From Perna viridis (taxonomy: Eukaryota), in the NCBI GenBank assembly GCA_037379345.1, contig CM074524.1, positions 19,154,750 to 19,218,749 of the forward strand: a stretch of 64,000 nucleotides of DNA, in the 5' to 3' direction. Numbering within the stretch: the first letter of the stretch is position 1; every line of letters starts with the position of its first letter. This document shows, one piece after another, positions 12,366 to 25,215 of the stretch. The notes under the pieces are model-generated. The model did not search any database, was not told the DNA's origin, and was given only the letters and a program-made list of their open reading frames with translations. The translations under genes and the position numbers were made by a program.

Positions 12366-14339
12366 ATCATAAAGTCACAAAACATTGGTGTGGTTATTGA
12401 AGAGTTGATCTTGGAAAATTGAAAACTGAATGATTAGATAAACAATGATGGCCAATTTGTTAAATCAAATGAACCAGAAAGGTATCAATTGTAGAAGATT
12501 TTACAAACATCACTCCTATAAACTATGATACAAATCACTCAAGGAGTTAATAAAAAATGTTAAAATATTACAGACAACAGATGCCAAAAGCATGATCAAC
12601 TTAACAAGTCATCCAAGCAAATAGAAATGATAAATAAATGTTGATGTTAGAAGTTTGGCAACAATTCACTTCAAGCCAAAATTATACCAATTTTTCTAAA
12701 ATAGTGAAGTAAAACAGTGTTAAAAGGTTGTAATTGAATCGGCCACACCGAACCCACATCAGACCCTGCAACTACATTACCGGTATTAGTAATCCAAGGG
12801 TAAAATATGAGCTGTGGCAGATCTCTAGGTGAACCTCGCGCTGCATGACTTCACTTAATTGGAACCAAAGAGCTCCAATTCTTTTGAGGTACAAGCTTCA
12901 AATCAGTTGTTGTCAAACCTCAACAATCATCAATATTTACCACCTTCCATTTTAAAAAAATCATTTGACTGTTTCTTTTCATATATTCTTTCTGCCTCGG
13001 TGAAGTACTCAAAATTTGTATCCATACCCTAGTATGGCCCCAAAAATACCAATTAGAAAAGATGTACAATCTCAAAAATACCACAATATGTAGGTTCCCT
13101 AAAAAATACCTTTTCCCCCACACCAAAAATATATCTTTTCACAACCTCCAATAGAAAACAAAAGATTGACCAAAAAATTAGTCCTAGCTTATATATGGCA
13201 AAAAATCTGAGCAAAAAAGATGTGCAAACCTACAGACTACAGCATGTCAGCAGAATTAAATGCTAGTATTGGTTTTTCTTTACCCTACTTAAAAACCTCT
13301 AAACTGACTTTATCATACAGTTTCATGAATAATGTAATTTAGAGCTTATGTTTGTATGAACCCTTGATATCAAAGGTGCCAATGTTTTGAAACTCTAGAG
13401 ATGGTTACCTCCATGCCACCTCAAAAAGGACCATGCATGTTTGATGTGGCTCAGTTATCAATATGTTTCTACCACTATTATTTTCTAGTATCCAATGGCT
13501 ACCAGCAGATCAGACTAGTATTGTAGGATTCCTGCCTTCTATCAAGACCACCTCCCTGTGACCTTGTATCATGCCAATTTACCTAGGCTCATTTGACCCC
13601 CTTATAACTCAAAACTGTAAAGAGACATCTGATGAATCTTAGAAAAAATATAATAAAATTAGAAAACTAGAAAAAAACTGAGTTATTTATATCCCCATTC
13701 CCCTCCAAAGAGACTACAGAAAACAAAATAATTCTGATAGAAAAAGAAAATGGATACCATCCCCCTGCTCCAGTTGAATGTAGAAAATTCCATGTTTTGC
13801 ACCAGGATAAGGATTTCCAATGAAACTCTCACTATTATGGCACTCTACTTAATATGGAGATGTACATTATCACAAAAATTTCATCAAAATTAACTTTTTC
13901 TCAACTTTTAAAATGAATAATTCAACTTACGTAATATATGTATCTGAATAATAAGTATTTTAATGCTTAACAACTGAAATTCAATGTTTTGACCCAAAAG
14001 AAATCTTCAAAGCCAACTCCTCTCCTCATCCCCTTAAATAGTCTAGTCATAAGAACGATTCAAAAATCAATGCTGGCGTCCTGCCTTTATTTTACAATAT
14101 TCCTAATACTAAATCAAATGGGTATTTTAGGAGGTAAAAAATCACTCCTCTATTAAATCTATAATCAATGAAAGTCTGAACTTTAATTTTCACAAGATTA
14201 ACATACAGATGTTTATCAATCAGATCAGAACAATTTTTTGAAGTGACAGAAAGAATTACTTGTAAAACATCAGGAAATAAAAACATAGAAAAAAAGAAAG
14301 ACAGTACATGTGTTTATAACCAAGGTGATTGATGGGTCG

Positions 14340-14722
14340 ATCAGGATATGGTAAAAAAAAACTTCATTTCACAGTAAACAACAAATCAGCTCAACATTTA
14401 TATACACTATAGAACCTTTACTTCAAATTTTTTACTATTTTTCTTTTAATTCTTAAATTTTTATTTAATTTATATTTTTTCTAATTTTTTTTTATTGTTT
14501 TTTTTTTTATTTTTATTTAATTNNNNNNNNNNNNNNNNNNNNNNNNNNNNNNNNNNNNNNNNNNNNNNNNNNNNNNNNNNNNNNNNNNNNNNNNNNNNNN
14601 NNNNNNNNNNNNNNNNNNNNNNNNNNNNNNNNNNNNNNNNNNNNNNNNNNNNNNNNNNNNNNNNNNNNNNNNNNNNNNNNNNNNTTTTAAAGAAAATTAA
14701 TGAATTCCAAAGTACTTGTCTA
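14340..14722. repeat. Dispersed repeat with central T-rich tract, copy 1 (spans assembly gap)
   Basis: atcaggatatggtaaaaaa...aacatttatatacactata and ttaatgaa(t/c)tccaaagtacttgtcta are repeated at 15379-15701. Confidence 0.8.
14523..14684. other. Assembly gap (162 N)
   Basis: Run of N inside a T-rich low-complexity tract. Confidence 1.
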
Positions 14723-15378
14723 TATTTTCTTTATAGCAGTACCTAACAAGAACTTATCTGTGACCATACACTACATCTGTTAGCATTTAGAAATAAAAAA
14801 AAATAAAAACTAAATATCATTGTTCAACAGCCTTAAGTCAAAATCCACTTACAACAAATAGAAATAGTGCCATCGTACTGATTGCCTAGGTTACCAGGTA
14901 GTTAAAATGCCACTCTAGGAAGAAATGCATCCTATATTAAACCAATGTGTTCAACTTTATTACCAAAGAACACCTGGAATCTTTTGGACACAGTCTTTGA
15001 AGTTTGAATAGCTCAGTCAAATATGACAAGATTATCATAGTGCCTATTTCTACTTAGAAGGCTTGTGGTTTGTATCTCAGTCCATTGCCAGAAATGATCA
15101 TACCTGGAGTGCTGAATTTTTTTACCTGTGGACCTGAAGCATGTGAACTAGCATACCAGAAAGTATATCTGACATAAAATTACATTATGGGTCTAGGTAT
15201 ACTCTCATCCTTACAGGAAGTAGATATTGGACAGAACCCTAAATTGCCTACAATTTATTTAATCCTATCTGAAAATAGCCACACACCAAATTTGAAATAA
15301 ATCCATCAAATGTAACTGCGATAATACCTGCTATGTTACAAGTCCAGTACAGGTGTGACAGATAGACAGACAGACAGT

Positions 15379-15701
15379 ATCAGGATATGGTAAAAAACTT
15401 CATTTCACAGTAAACAACAAATCAGCTCAACATTTATATACACTATAAAACTTCCACTTCTAATTTTAAAATTTTTTTTGATTTTTGATTTTTGATTTTT
15501 TTTATTATTATTATTTTGAATTTTTTATTTAATTTTTTGTTTTTTCTAATTTTTTTTTTATTTCTTAATTTTTTTAATGTTTTTTTAAATTTTTTATTAA
15601 TTTTTTGAAAAATTCTTATTTTTTTTTTTTTTTTTTTATTTTTTTTCTAATTTTCTAATTTTTTTTTAAAGGAAATTAATGAACTCCAAAGTACTTGTCT
15701 A
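15379..15701. repeat. Dispersed repeat with central T-rich tract, copy 2
   Basis: Near-identical unique flanks to 14340-14722; directly follows a (GACA)n tract. Confidence 0.8.
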
Positions 15702-16206
15702 CTTTTGGACTTTAAAAGTCTTTTCATTGAGACAGGTGTTTGATTACCCAAGATTCAAAATACATCATGTAGACATGATTTTACTAAGTCAACAAAACAT
15801 TCAGAAATTGACAAAATTGATTTGAATAAAAAGTAAGAAAAGAAATGTTGCAGTAAAATCCAAATTGGAGAAAAAAATCATGTCTGTTGATGTAAAGGGA
15901 CTTCATTAAGTTTACATTTACAGGTTTTGGGATTATTCAGGGTTCAGTTTATACGGGAACATCAAGTTTCCTGGGGCAGTCGCTGCAATGTAGCTGATTA
16001 TGGTCAGTTCTGTGATATAATAAAATGGCTAAACAATATATAGCCATAAATCAAAGAACTTACAATACAGCGTACAAATACATACACAATAAATCTAATA
16101 ATCAAAAATAAATATAGTACAAATACGAAACACAAGAGAAAAATACAAAATATGCATAAATGCAAATTATTAATATCTTTGAGCACATAAAGTACATTGA
16201 ACTTAC

Positions 16207-16512
16207 TGTAAACATATGCTTCCGCTGTTTTCTGAGAGCAATGGAATAGCCAGCATAGCAAAATGTTTAAAGAGTCGTGGAGACAAGTACATTATTACAG
16301 CTACAACCAAAAGGAGCACAAGCAGCTGCTAAGTCAATGTCATATCCTGAATTTCTTTTCATGTCAGTTTTTCACTATCAAACATGTACTTCCAACCATG
16401 ATCTTGATATTGTCTGAGCAGTTCCATAGGTGGCTGAAAGCTATGAGCATGACTTGCTTCAGAAGGTTCCAGTCATCAACGAGAATAATAATCCTCTTAT
16501 CATGATGCACCC
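16207..16512 (-). pseudogene. Axonemal dynein heavy chain (DNAH6-like) pseudo-exon, AAA3 region
   Basis: taacAG acceptor and GTAAGT donor; translates with frameshifts/stop as KRIIILVDDWN..QPPMELLRQYQDHG..EKLT*KEIQDMT..ACAP..SPRLFKHFAMLAIP, matching the dynein pattern KRIVIFVDDLN..QPPIELLRQYQD..WKEIQD..ACAPPGGGRN..PRFIRHF. Confidence 0.9.
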
Positions 16513-18261
16513 CTGTTAAAAGAATAGTTTAAGTCTAAATCAAATAGTACATATTCATATTTCCAAACAACAGACACAAAACACCAATAACCATGAATAT
16601 AAATTATAGTAAGTCAGATTTTGTATAAATTTCAAATTAAAATAAAAACAAAACATGTCTAAATGGAGATCAAATGTCATTGATAAGGCAAGTTGTTGAA
16701 ATACCTAGCTTGAAAATATGCAGTATGAGTTTCTAAAAAGCCTGAATTGTTCACCTGGCTTGATGCCCAACATTTTTTATTTTGTAAAAGTGGTCATGTT
16801 TTTTCTCATGGATAAAAATTTCTAACACTCATATCTAAGGAACAATCGTAACAACTGTCATTAAAGTCTGTCTATTAGTTTCTGAGGAGAAAAACTTTTA
16901 AAGAATAACATTAAAAATAACAAAAATATGAGACAGTGATAGATATTTTGTAGATATGTGAAAAAAACTGATGTCTGACCCCTACCATCTACATCTAGTA
17001 ATGGTTGCCACTGTTTTCAAGGATAAAAAATCCTGCCTTATTTGTATGCAAAATAACCTACAGATCATTCAGACAAATTTTGGTTCAATTTGGCCTTATA
17101 GTGCCATAGTAAGCATGATAGGAGAAGATCTAGAACCTTTTTAACGTTACAATTAAAATAGTAAAAAAATTAACTCCAACATGGCTAAACAGATTAACAT
17201 GAAAGTTTGACCATAGATATATCTTATCATGCTTAAGGGTTTTGAAGATAAATGTAAAAAAAGCTTCTGTTCATGAAGTAAACGTCCAACCTCACATCAC
17301 AATACCTCAAGGTACATTCAAACAAAGTTTAATTCTAATTGGTCTGGTAGCGTCGGCAAAAGTATTGAAACATGGCTCTCCAGGCCAGCTAAAAAGAGGA
17401 CTAACTATATTCAAATACAAAATACACAACTGTTGAACGCAAAATTACATCAGTTCAATTGTTCTACTGATAATCACCAGAGACTATTGTCTTAATTGTG
17501 GGTTGTTGGTAAGAATTTGTGACATACATTTCCACAAAAAAGGCTTGGGATAGTGTATATATGTCATGCAAAAATGCTCAAATTTAAGGCAAAAAGGTCT
17601 ATGACTCCAAATTTACATATTCTGCCAATGTTTATTCAATTAAATTGTCAGTTTCTTAATGTCTATCTTAAATAACTTTCTTGTGTGTTGTTTTCTTTCT
17701 ATTTCATATCATTGATTTCATCGACTCGGATGCTTTTATTTTACTGGAAACGGACATAATTCATGCATGACATAAAAATCTACTACTAAAGTTACCTTGG
17801 CATCTCTGGTCATTTAGAAGTACATGTGTATAATATTCCTGCAGTCTTTCAAAAAACAAACATTTTGCACGAGAAGGAGGGGGAGGAGCTTTACTGGGTC
17901 CTGGTTAAAACTGGACTGGTTACTCCTCATGTTAAAAAAACAGGAGTGATTTCAGCTGCATACAACCAAGTGAAGTAACTTTACTGATCTAAACCTAAAA
18001 AAAGATAAGAATTGAAAAGTACATGTAGCATATTGCAGGTAGTTGTTAAGCATTTGTGACAAAGTTTGAAAAATAAACTTATAAGAATTTTTCAAGGATT
18101 TATAAAACACAGACTACACCTATTGAAGCTATGACATAATTCAAAACACTGTCTAGAAATGTTTCAAGGACCTGTTTGTTATTTCATTGGTGGAAATATA
18201 TGTCACATGGCAGGTCTTTGAAACATTTATCAACTTCATTGAGCATAAAACAAATACACTG

Positions 18262-18900
18262 AACTTACCGTAAGCATATGCTTCCCACTGTTTTCTGAGG
18301 GCAGTGTTCTAGGATTCCCATTTCCCATTACCCCGGGCAAGTGAAATTTGTGTCAGGGAAAGTTAGGTACTTAGTTACACTTTCCCATGGCAAGTTGAAA
18401 ACTTCATATGCTGTAAGGATTTGTTTTGTTAGGAAAGCAGTCATTGACTGTGGGAAAGTTGATTTTATATGGATTTTTCCCGAGGAAACCTCAATTTCTG
18501 AAAAATCCTAGAACACTGGAGGGTAAAGCAATTTAGTGTAAATTTCATATAAAATCAAAAAATGTATAATTGATGACCAAATGTTATTGATATGCCAAGT
18601 TGTTGATATACAAAGCTTGAAAACATGTACCTCAAGGTTCTCAAAAGCTTGAACTGTTCACCTGGCTTGATGAGCAACATTCTTTATTTTGTGAAAGTGG
18701 TCATAGCTTTTTCATGGATGAAAATTACTAATTTTGCTAAACCTAACAGTTTTGTAGATATATGCAATAAAATGATGTCTGACCCCAACCATCAACTTAT
18801 ATAAATGGTGGACACCTTTTTCAACGGATCAAAAATCCCTCATTTTTACATTAACAACCTACAGACCATATGTGAAAATTTTGGTTAAAATTGACCATAT
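18262..18900 (-). repeat. Old local duplication of the dynein exon 3' end and adjacent intron
   Basis: gaacttaccgtaagcatatgcttcc..ctgttttctgag repeats 16200-16236; about 18535-18900 resembles 16620-17100 (ttcacctggcttgatg, aaagtggtcat, tgatgtctgacccc). Confidence 0.75.
18302..18518. mobile_element. MITE with 15-bp perfect TIR, hAT-like CAGTG termini
   Basis: cagtgttctaggatt ... aatcctagaacactg; GAGGG on both flanks. Confidence 0.85.
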
Positions 18901-19502
18901 TTTGTTATTCTGCCAATGATTATCAAAGAAATGCTGCCATGTCACTTCTTTGATTATAATTTTAACATTCTTGCCTAAGGATCAATTATATAAACTTTCA
19001 TCGAATTCTGTCCAGAAGCTCAAAAGAGATGGAATGGCTCACCTGGCTTAATGAGCTAAATTCTATTTTTTCACAAGCTGTCCTACTTTTTTCTTGGATA
19101 CAAAATCCAAGCACTAATACCCAAGGAACAATAACATAAAATTTCACTGAATTCTATCAAGAAGTTTCACAGAGAAGTCTTAAAAGGATTAAAAATAAAA
19201 ACAAAATATAAAATTTAGCAATAACTCCAATATAGGTAATCAAATTTAACCACAAACAGATTTTGTCATGCAAAATACTTTTTATGTGTGAATGTGAAAA
19301 CAATCAAATTATTTGAAGTGGTTCATAACTATTGTGAACCTCCATAATTCAACAACAGGAGATCCTCAATTATTTCAGGAGGTCCTTAAATATTTCTGGA
19401 CCTCAGCAATTTGATTCTAGGACCTGTTCATTTCAGGACCACTATAATTATTTCTGGAGCTCAACTTTTTTTCATCTAGGCAACAAAACTACATCAACTT
19501 AC

Positions 19503-19654
19503 TGTGAGTGGTGTGATGACAGTCTTGATAAGGCTTGAGGTACTCATATCTATACACGTGTAACAGACATTCTGACCATACAATTGTCCATCTCTACATT
19601 CCAGGAATATCACAGCTTATTGTACAATTCAAATGTTCTCCAAACTGGGGCTAC
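19503..19654 (-). pseudogene. DNAH6-like pseudo-exon, linker/AAA1 entry
   Basis: taacAG..GTAAGT; FELYNKL*YSWNVEMDNCMVRMS..YEYL..SRL/VITPLT matches the dynein motif FDWQRQLRYYW..DNCVARM..YGYEYLG..RLVITPLT. Confidence 0.88.
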
Positions 19655-20231
19655 CTGTTAATTAAATGGTTTATGTATAACAACATTGTAAGGCCATCTA
19701 ATTAAAATTAGACCTATTAATTTTTCCACTGAGTCATGCACTGCATGTAGGATCTAACAACTCTCCATTCTAGTTTCAGTTTAGACCAAAGGTCTGGAAA
19801 TTCTGAGAGGCCATGTCGGACATTTTATCAAATTTCAGCAGACGTTTGTGTCAGTCTTTTCCCTGCCTTTTATAAGGTCAAGAATTGACTTTAAAAAACC
19901 TTTTCTGTAGTAATTTAAAGATAAATATTGAACTTTGCGTTATTCCATCACTGTCTTTTACAAAATATCTGAATGAGTGAACAAGTTCAGTTCGACCACA
20001 CAAGGATGTTCTGACATGTAAACAAAAACATAGTGTCTCTCAGACTTTTTCATCACATCAGCAAAAAGACGAAAACTTCCAAGTAATGAAAAAAATGTTG
20101 TTATTTGCAAAAAAAAAAGAAAAAAAAAAGCAAAACATCCTTGAACAAGCTGACACTATTATATTCTTATGTATCCTACCATGCTTATTACAAGTTTGAC
20201 CTTTGACCCTTAATTAATATTTGACATTTAC

Positions 20232-20354
20232 CTTAGACTTGACCATTCCTGTGTTCATGTCTGGACATCTGTTTCGACCAAGGCGAACAGGTTATATAGC
20301 TCTGGCTAGTTTAGGTATCACCTGTCTTACAATAACAGCCAACTCTGTCAAATC
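20232..20354 (-). pseudogene. DNAH6-like pseudo-exon, linker
   Basis: ttttgtAG..GTAAAT; DLTELAVIVRQVIPKLARAI*..ALVETDV..TGMVKSK resembles LNALAAIVQGSLPKLHRNILTALITIDVH..TELVQSK and joins in phase 0 to the 19503-19654 exon. Confidence 0.8.
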
Positions 20355-21149
20355 CTACAAAATTTACAAGACTGTCAAGTCCTAAATTAGCAAGAAAGTA
20401 AAATATTGGAAACAAATACATTCAGTACCGAGGTTTGATATCATATTCTAATCTATGTTAGACCTAATCAATTGCCACATTGCCAAATATTGTAGAAAAT
20501 GACCAGTAGCCAATAAAAATTGTGTGCCGGTCCCAACTGTGGCAAAAGAATGCGTCGGTTATAATTTTGAAAGTAAAATAGTTTCTGGTATGGAGCATGT
20601 AAATTCTGAAAACAATGTAAAAAGATATCAAGATTGACTACCAAAACTTTTATACAATTTATTTTTCAATAAATCATTCTGTTTTCTCGCATTAAAATAA
20701 GAAAAATAATAATAATAAAAAAAAAAAAAGAAAACAAATAAAATTACATTAATAATGTCTAAATATGAAACTGCAATCTACAATACTAAAAAAGTTCCAA
20801 CTAAGATTACATAAAACCTAAACAATTTTATCATGACACAATTGTGTTTCCTCAAGTTTAAGAAAAATTTGCTCTGGAAAATAGAATTTTATTTTCTCTA
20901 TGACGACTTTGAAGACTATTAGAAATATTTTATGAATAGATTGTAAACACAGATGTGAGTGTTCTCTTGGCCTAAGTCTACATGTTTAATATTTGCAGGT
21001 TTAGATTTTATTGTATTTGAGTTTGGTGTTACATTTATTTAATTTCAAAATTCAAAAAAAATAATAATAATAATTTTTTTAAAAACCTACTGACCCTACA
21101 AAAGTTTTGAGGATTGATCAGAAACACAAAATTATATTTTTAGGCCTTA

Positions 21150-22420
21150 TAATTATGAGAGAAATGTAGTTATTTCGAAAAAAAAATTAGGCAATTAGAA
21201 AAAAAATTCTAAAATTTTGCAAAAATTCGCAGAAAACTGGTCAAACTAAATTTTAAAACTTAAAGGGACACAACTCCTTCAAAAAAACAACAAACCAGAA
21301 AAAACTCGAACTTTATCTGCAACTCATCAATGTACACCTGACTACAAAAAATCATTTCAAAATCTCAAGGCATTTAGAGGAAAAGTCTGGAAAAGTGTTC
21401 AAACAGCAAAATTTTTAAAATTTAAAGGGCAACTCCTTCAAAGAACCAGAACAAAACTCAAACTTCATTTGTAACTCATCAGTATACACATGTACACCAA
21501 AAATCACTTCAATTCCAAGGCGTTTAGAAAAATCTGGAAAACTGGTTGTCATGGAAAGAGGAAATGCAGGATAAGGGTCCTAACAGCTTTGTGGCAGGGA
21601 CATAAAAATAAAATAATCTTCCAACCTACCTAACATATTTCACTTTTCATAGCAGGGAATATAAGACTTAATTCTGTTTGGCCTAAACTAAAGAATGGAT
21701 CTTACCATCTTTCCAAGCCTTTGCCAGTACAACAAACTACATTTCACCAATAGCATCAAAACATTTCTTTAGATAAGGCCGTACAGCCAAAGGATTACGT
21801 GTCTGGGTCAAGACCTCATGCAATTCTTCATTTGCTAGAAAGTTTAATCTGAAATAGAATGTATATATTTATTTACTCCATGGTTCCATACAAATTTCCA
21901 ATTCTTTTGAAACTCTTCACTTATATAATTGAAATATCTCATTAATCAATATATACTGTATAGGTATAAGCCATATGTAGGAGTGGATTTCTGTGATCTA
22001 GCCCTGTGTCAAATATCAAAAACCTACATTGAAGGACAAAAATATTACAGCCTTGACAAGAGTTTGTAAACAAAAAAAAGGAATTTGACCTTGAGGTCAA
22101 AGGTCAAGGTTATAGACCACAATTCATGGTATGCAACACATTGTCTTTAGGTAATAATCACATGCTAAAGATCAAAATCTCACATCAAGACAAAAAAGTT
22201 CCTGCCAGGACACAAGTTTGCTACAGAAAAACCAAGATATGACCTTGAAGTCAAAGTTCAAAATTGTAAGCCACTATCCATAGTACGGGACACGTCATTT
22301 CTGCATGATCTACCCACATGCTAAATATCAAAAGCCATCATGGAAAGACAAAAGAGTTGCAGCCTGTACACCAGTTTGTAATGAAGAGCGATCAGTCACC
22401 CCTTTTTATGGCAGGGCCCT
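21150..22420. repeat. Degenerate non-autonomous elements with internal tandem subunits (Helentron/HINE-like) flanking the dynein exon: about 21150-21610 and 21975-22420
   Basis: Internal ~140-170 bp subunits (taaagggc..aactccttcaaa at ~21260 and ~21423; tgaccttga(g/a)gtcaaag at ~22085 and ~22240). Related remnants, some with (GGAC/GACA)n tracts, at ~2700-3140, 9590-9680, 15215-15378, 33420-33720, 41945-42180 and 43075-43315. Family assignment is inferred. Confidence 0.45.
21706..21848 (-). pseudogene. DNAH6-like pseudo-exon, N-terminal region 2/linker
   Basis: tttcAG..GTAAGA; (R)LNFLANEELHEVLTQTRNPLAVRPYLKKCFDAIGEM*F matches [32 protein letters not shown]; premature TAG. Confidence 0.92.
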
Positions 22421-22537
22421 GACAAATATTAATAATCTGTGTTAAGTGCTTATTTGGTTGCATTCTAGTTTATTCAAGACTTTTAGGTTTTCATAAATTG
22501 CCCATGTGTTAAACTGATTTACTAATTTACCGATTCA

Positions 22538-22683
22538 GAGTTGCTCATTTACTTTTGTTGCTTTGTATTATTTTCGTTACTTTATGTCTTTTGTTGTGTA
22601 TGTCAGTTTTCCATGTCTGGTCTTTGTCCATGGATTACATTCTTTTGATTTCCGCTAGAATCTTGGTTCCCTTGATTAATCTT
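22538..22683 (+). mobile_element. Penelope-like family A, 3' terminal fragment
   Basis: gagttgctcatttac...cttggttcccttgattaatctt. Confidence 0.85.
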
Positions 22684-24736
22684 ACAATATTTTAAACAGG
22701 TTTCAAAAATTTAAAATGATAGATACATGTATATCTCGCCTGTAACACATGAATGCTGTTATTCAAAACCTGCTTCATGGTGACTGTTACTACATGTGTT
22801 TATATTATGGACAATACATAATAACAGTTCAACTATTTGACACCTCTGGTATAGTTAAATATTGTTTACAGAAATGATAATAAGTGACTAAGTAATAATC
22901 TCAAAGTCAATAGACCCTGACTGCTGGGGAATTTGCACAAAATGGGTACAGAATTGAGGTATAGAGATGCTAATGCAACTGAATTTTGTGTTTATATTCT
23001 TTTATCTTTTCTTGTGGAAACAGGTGCAACCATTACTAAAACTAAGAAACTATCCAAAAAAAAAATCATTAATGAGAAATTAAAAGAAATTGAAATCGAC
23101 CTTACATCAATATAAATAAACAAATCACCAACTTTCATTAACATTACATAGCTGCATGGGCTTTTGAGTAGTAGTCCAAAAACAGAAATATTAACCAACT
23201 TTTGTATGCATAAAGTCCCTATAGTCAAGCCAAAGAAAATTCTAATTTTCTATATCAATGTTAAAGAAAAGGGAGCTCACTACACATCAATGGGATGAAA
23301 CAATTTCAATAAAGTTTCAACAAAATTGGGGGCATACCTTTTTGGTGATTGTGCTGTGGAAAACTGTCACTGTGTGCAAATTGGTTCTCATGGCTCAGAT
23401 GGTCACACCATTATAAATTATGTATCATCCTCACTATTTAACCTCCATATCTGTTTGGACCAAAATCTAAAATAGGTGATGTACAATGGGAACTAAATAA
23501 ATATTAAAATCTGTGAAAGTTTCATTCAAGTCCATTCAAAGGTGTAGAGTAATGGATAAGAGATTATGGGTTGCCTGTGCAATGGAAGCAGGACAACCCT
23601 TCCACTATAAACCCCACACAGATCGTTTTAATAATGATAAAAAATTTGAACGTTTGGGGTTTCCATAGAATTTTGATTCATACATAGAATGACCCTTGCT
23701 TAATATTTGACCTTTACCTATTTTTTTTCATATACCATGACAGATTTTCCTAGCTTTTGTCTAATTTTTATCTTTATTTTTTATATGGATCATTTGTACT
23801 AGATACAAACAAACAAAAATTTCTATGATAAATCTAAGTTTCAGTTATAATTTTACAGACACGACAGTAACGATGTAAACAACATACTTCAGAATTTAAT
23901 GTAAAAAGCATAGGTCACCAAACTAATGATTTTTAGATAACTGAGCCTTAATATAGTCATTTTTTATAAGACTTTATATGTATTCAGTAAAGAATTTTCA
24001 CTATTTTGCTATCTATTAAAAACTTATACATACAAGTTTGTACATATATAGATTTTTTTTTAAATTGTGTACAAAAAACTTGTTTTTTCATATCAGAATA
24101 TTTCAAAAAGAAAATTGAGGGTCATAGAACTCTTTTAAGTAATATCAAAACAAATAAAATTTCTATTACATTTTTATAAATATTTTTCTGCCAATTATCT
24201 CCCTTTGAAAAAAGGCTTTTTGAAATTAAAGTTTTTAATTGTTACCTCTCCCTAAAAAAAAAACAAAAAAACAAAAAAAAAACAATATACATTCAATGAA
24301 TACTTTATTACCGGGTTAATCGTAAGTGAATTCTTGGTGAGTCTGCTGAATGTAGATTTGTCAACCATTTAACAAAATTTACCTTTCTCTGCAGTTTTGA
24401 TTAAATGGTATACGCATGCATCTGCGACACCATTGTGGCATTGGTACAATTAAGTAATTTATAGTTAAGGCTACAGAATAATTTTTACTACGTTTTAAAC
24501 AATTTTTATGTTATTACAACAGAGTTGGAATTTTTGTGCCATATATGAATATATACAAACTACTGCCCCTACACCTCTATTTTTTGAGGCAACCTAGTCA
24601 AATAGACTAACTATAATAAACCATTGATGAATTATATGGTAAGTTTGACACTTTACCAGTGGCCATGTGGTGGAAGTTTGATATTAAGTACCAGTGGCCC
24701 TCATGGTGTATCCAAAAATCAAATAGAGAGTAACAT

Positions 24737-24987
24737 AAGGGGATGACTATTTGATTCTGAGGGGGCTGACATTTTTTTAAAATAAATATTCTGGCCCTGG
24801 CAAAAATTCTGATCTACATCCCTAGAAAATACATTTTTCTAACCTTAACCTGTACACTTTATACAGTAAAATGGAAAGAATCTAGTCCTAATGTGCTTGG
24901 AGAACAGTTTTTTCAAAAATAATTGTTCTGTCACCCCACAAAATTTTCCAGCCCCACCACAAAACAGAATCAAGTAGTCAACCACTT
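24737..24987. mobile_element. PIF/Harbinger (Tourist-like) MITE
   Basis: aaggggatgactatttgattctg vs cagaatcaagtagtcaaccactt (imperfect 23-bp TIR). Confidence 0.7.
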
Positions 24988-25215
24988 TGGTCATCAGGGG
25001 GGTCCAAGAGGACTAAAAATGTACACCACTGAAGCATTCTCAAACCCACCATTTTAATTTAGGTCTATCAGTGCAAACTCCTTTCCAGAATTTCTGGATC
25101 CACCGTTTTTTTTCTATGTAAAGACTTGCAAGGCCTACATTAATTATTATCTGTATATATTTTGTTAGTTTGCCCTTGAAATATAAACACACCCTTTAGA
25201 AGTCCCTGTATACAG

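Noticed and set aside
12740-12920. GC-richer patch as a coding exon
   Set aside because: Stops in the frames examined, no splice-bounded frame and no recognisable motif.
14495-14746. 83-aa ORF
   Set aside because: Artefact of translating the N gap.
14972-15168. Fifth dynein exon (ILSGML...SKRFQG vs AILNGFL...LSKCVQG)
   Set aside because: Position is right but similarity is limited to a few residues and needs several frameshifts; requires an alignment to support.
24308-24450. Upstream dynein exon (AE..KF..MVDKS)
   Set aside because: Match too short and no convincing acceptor site.
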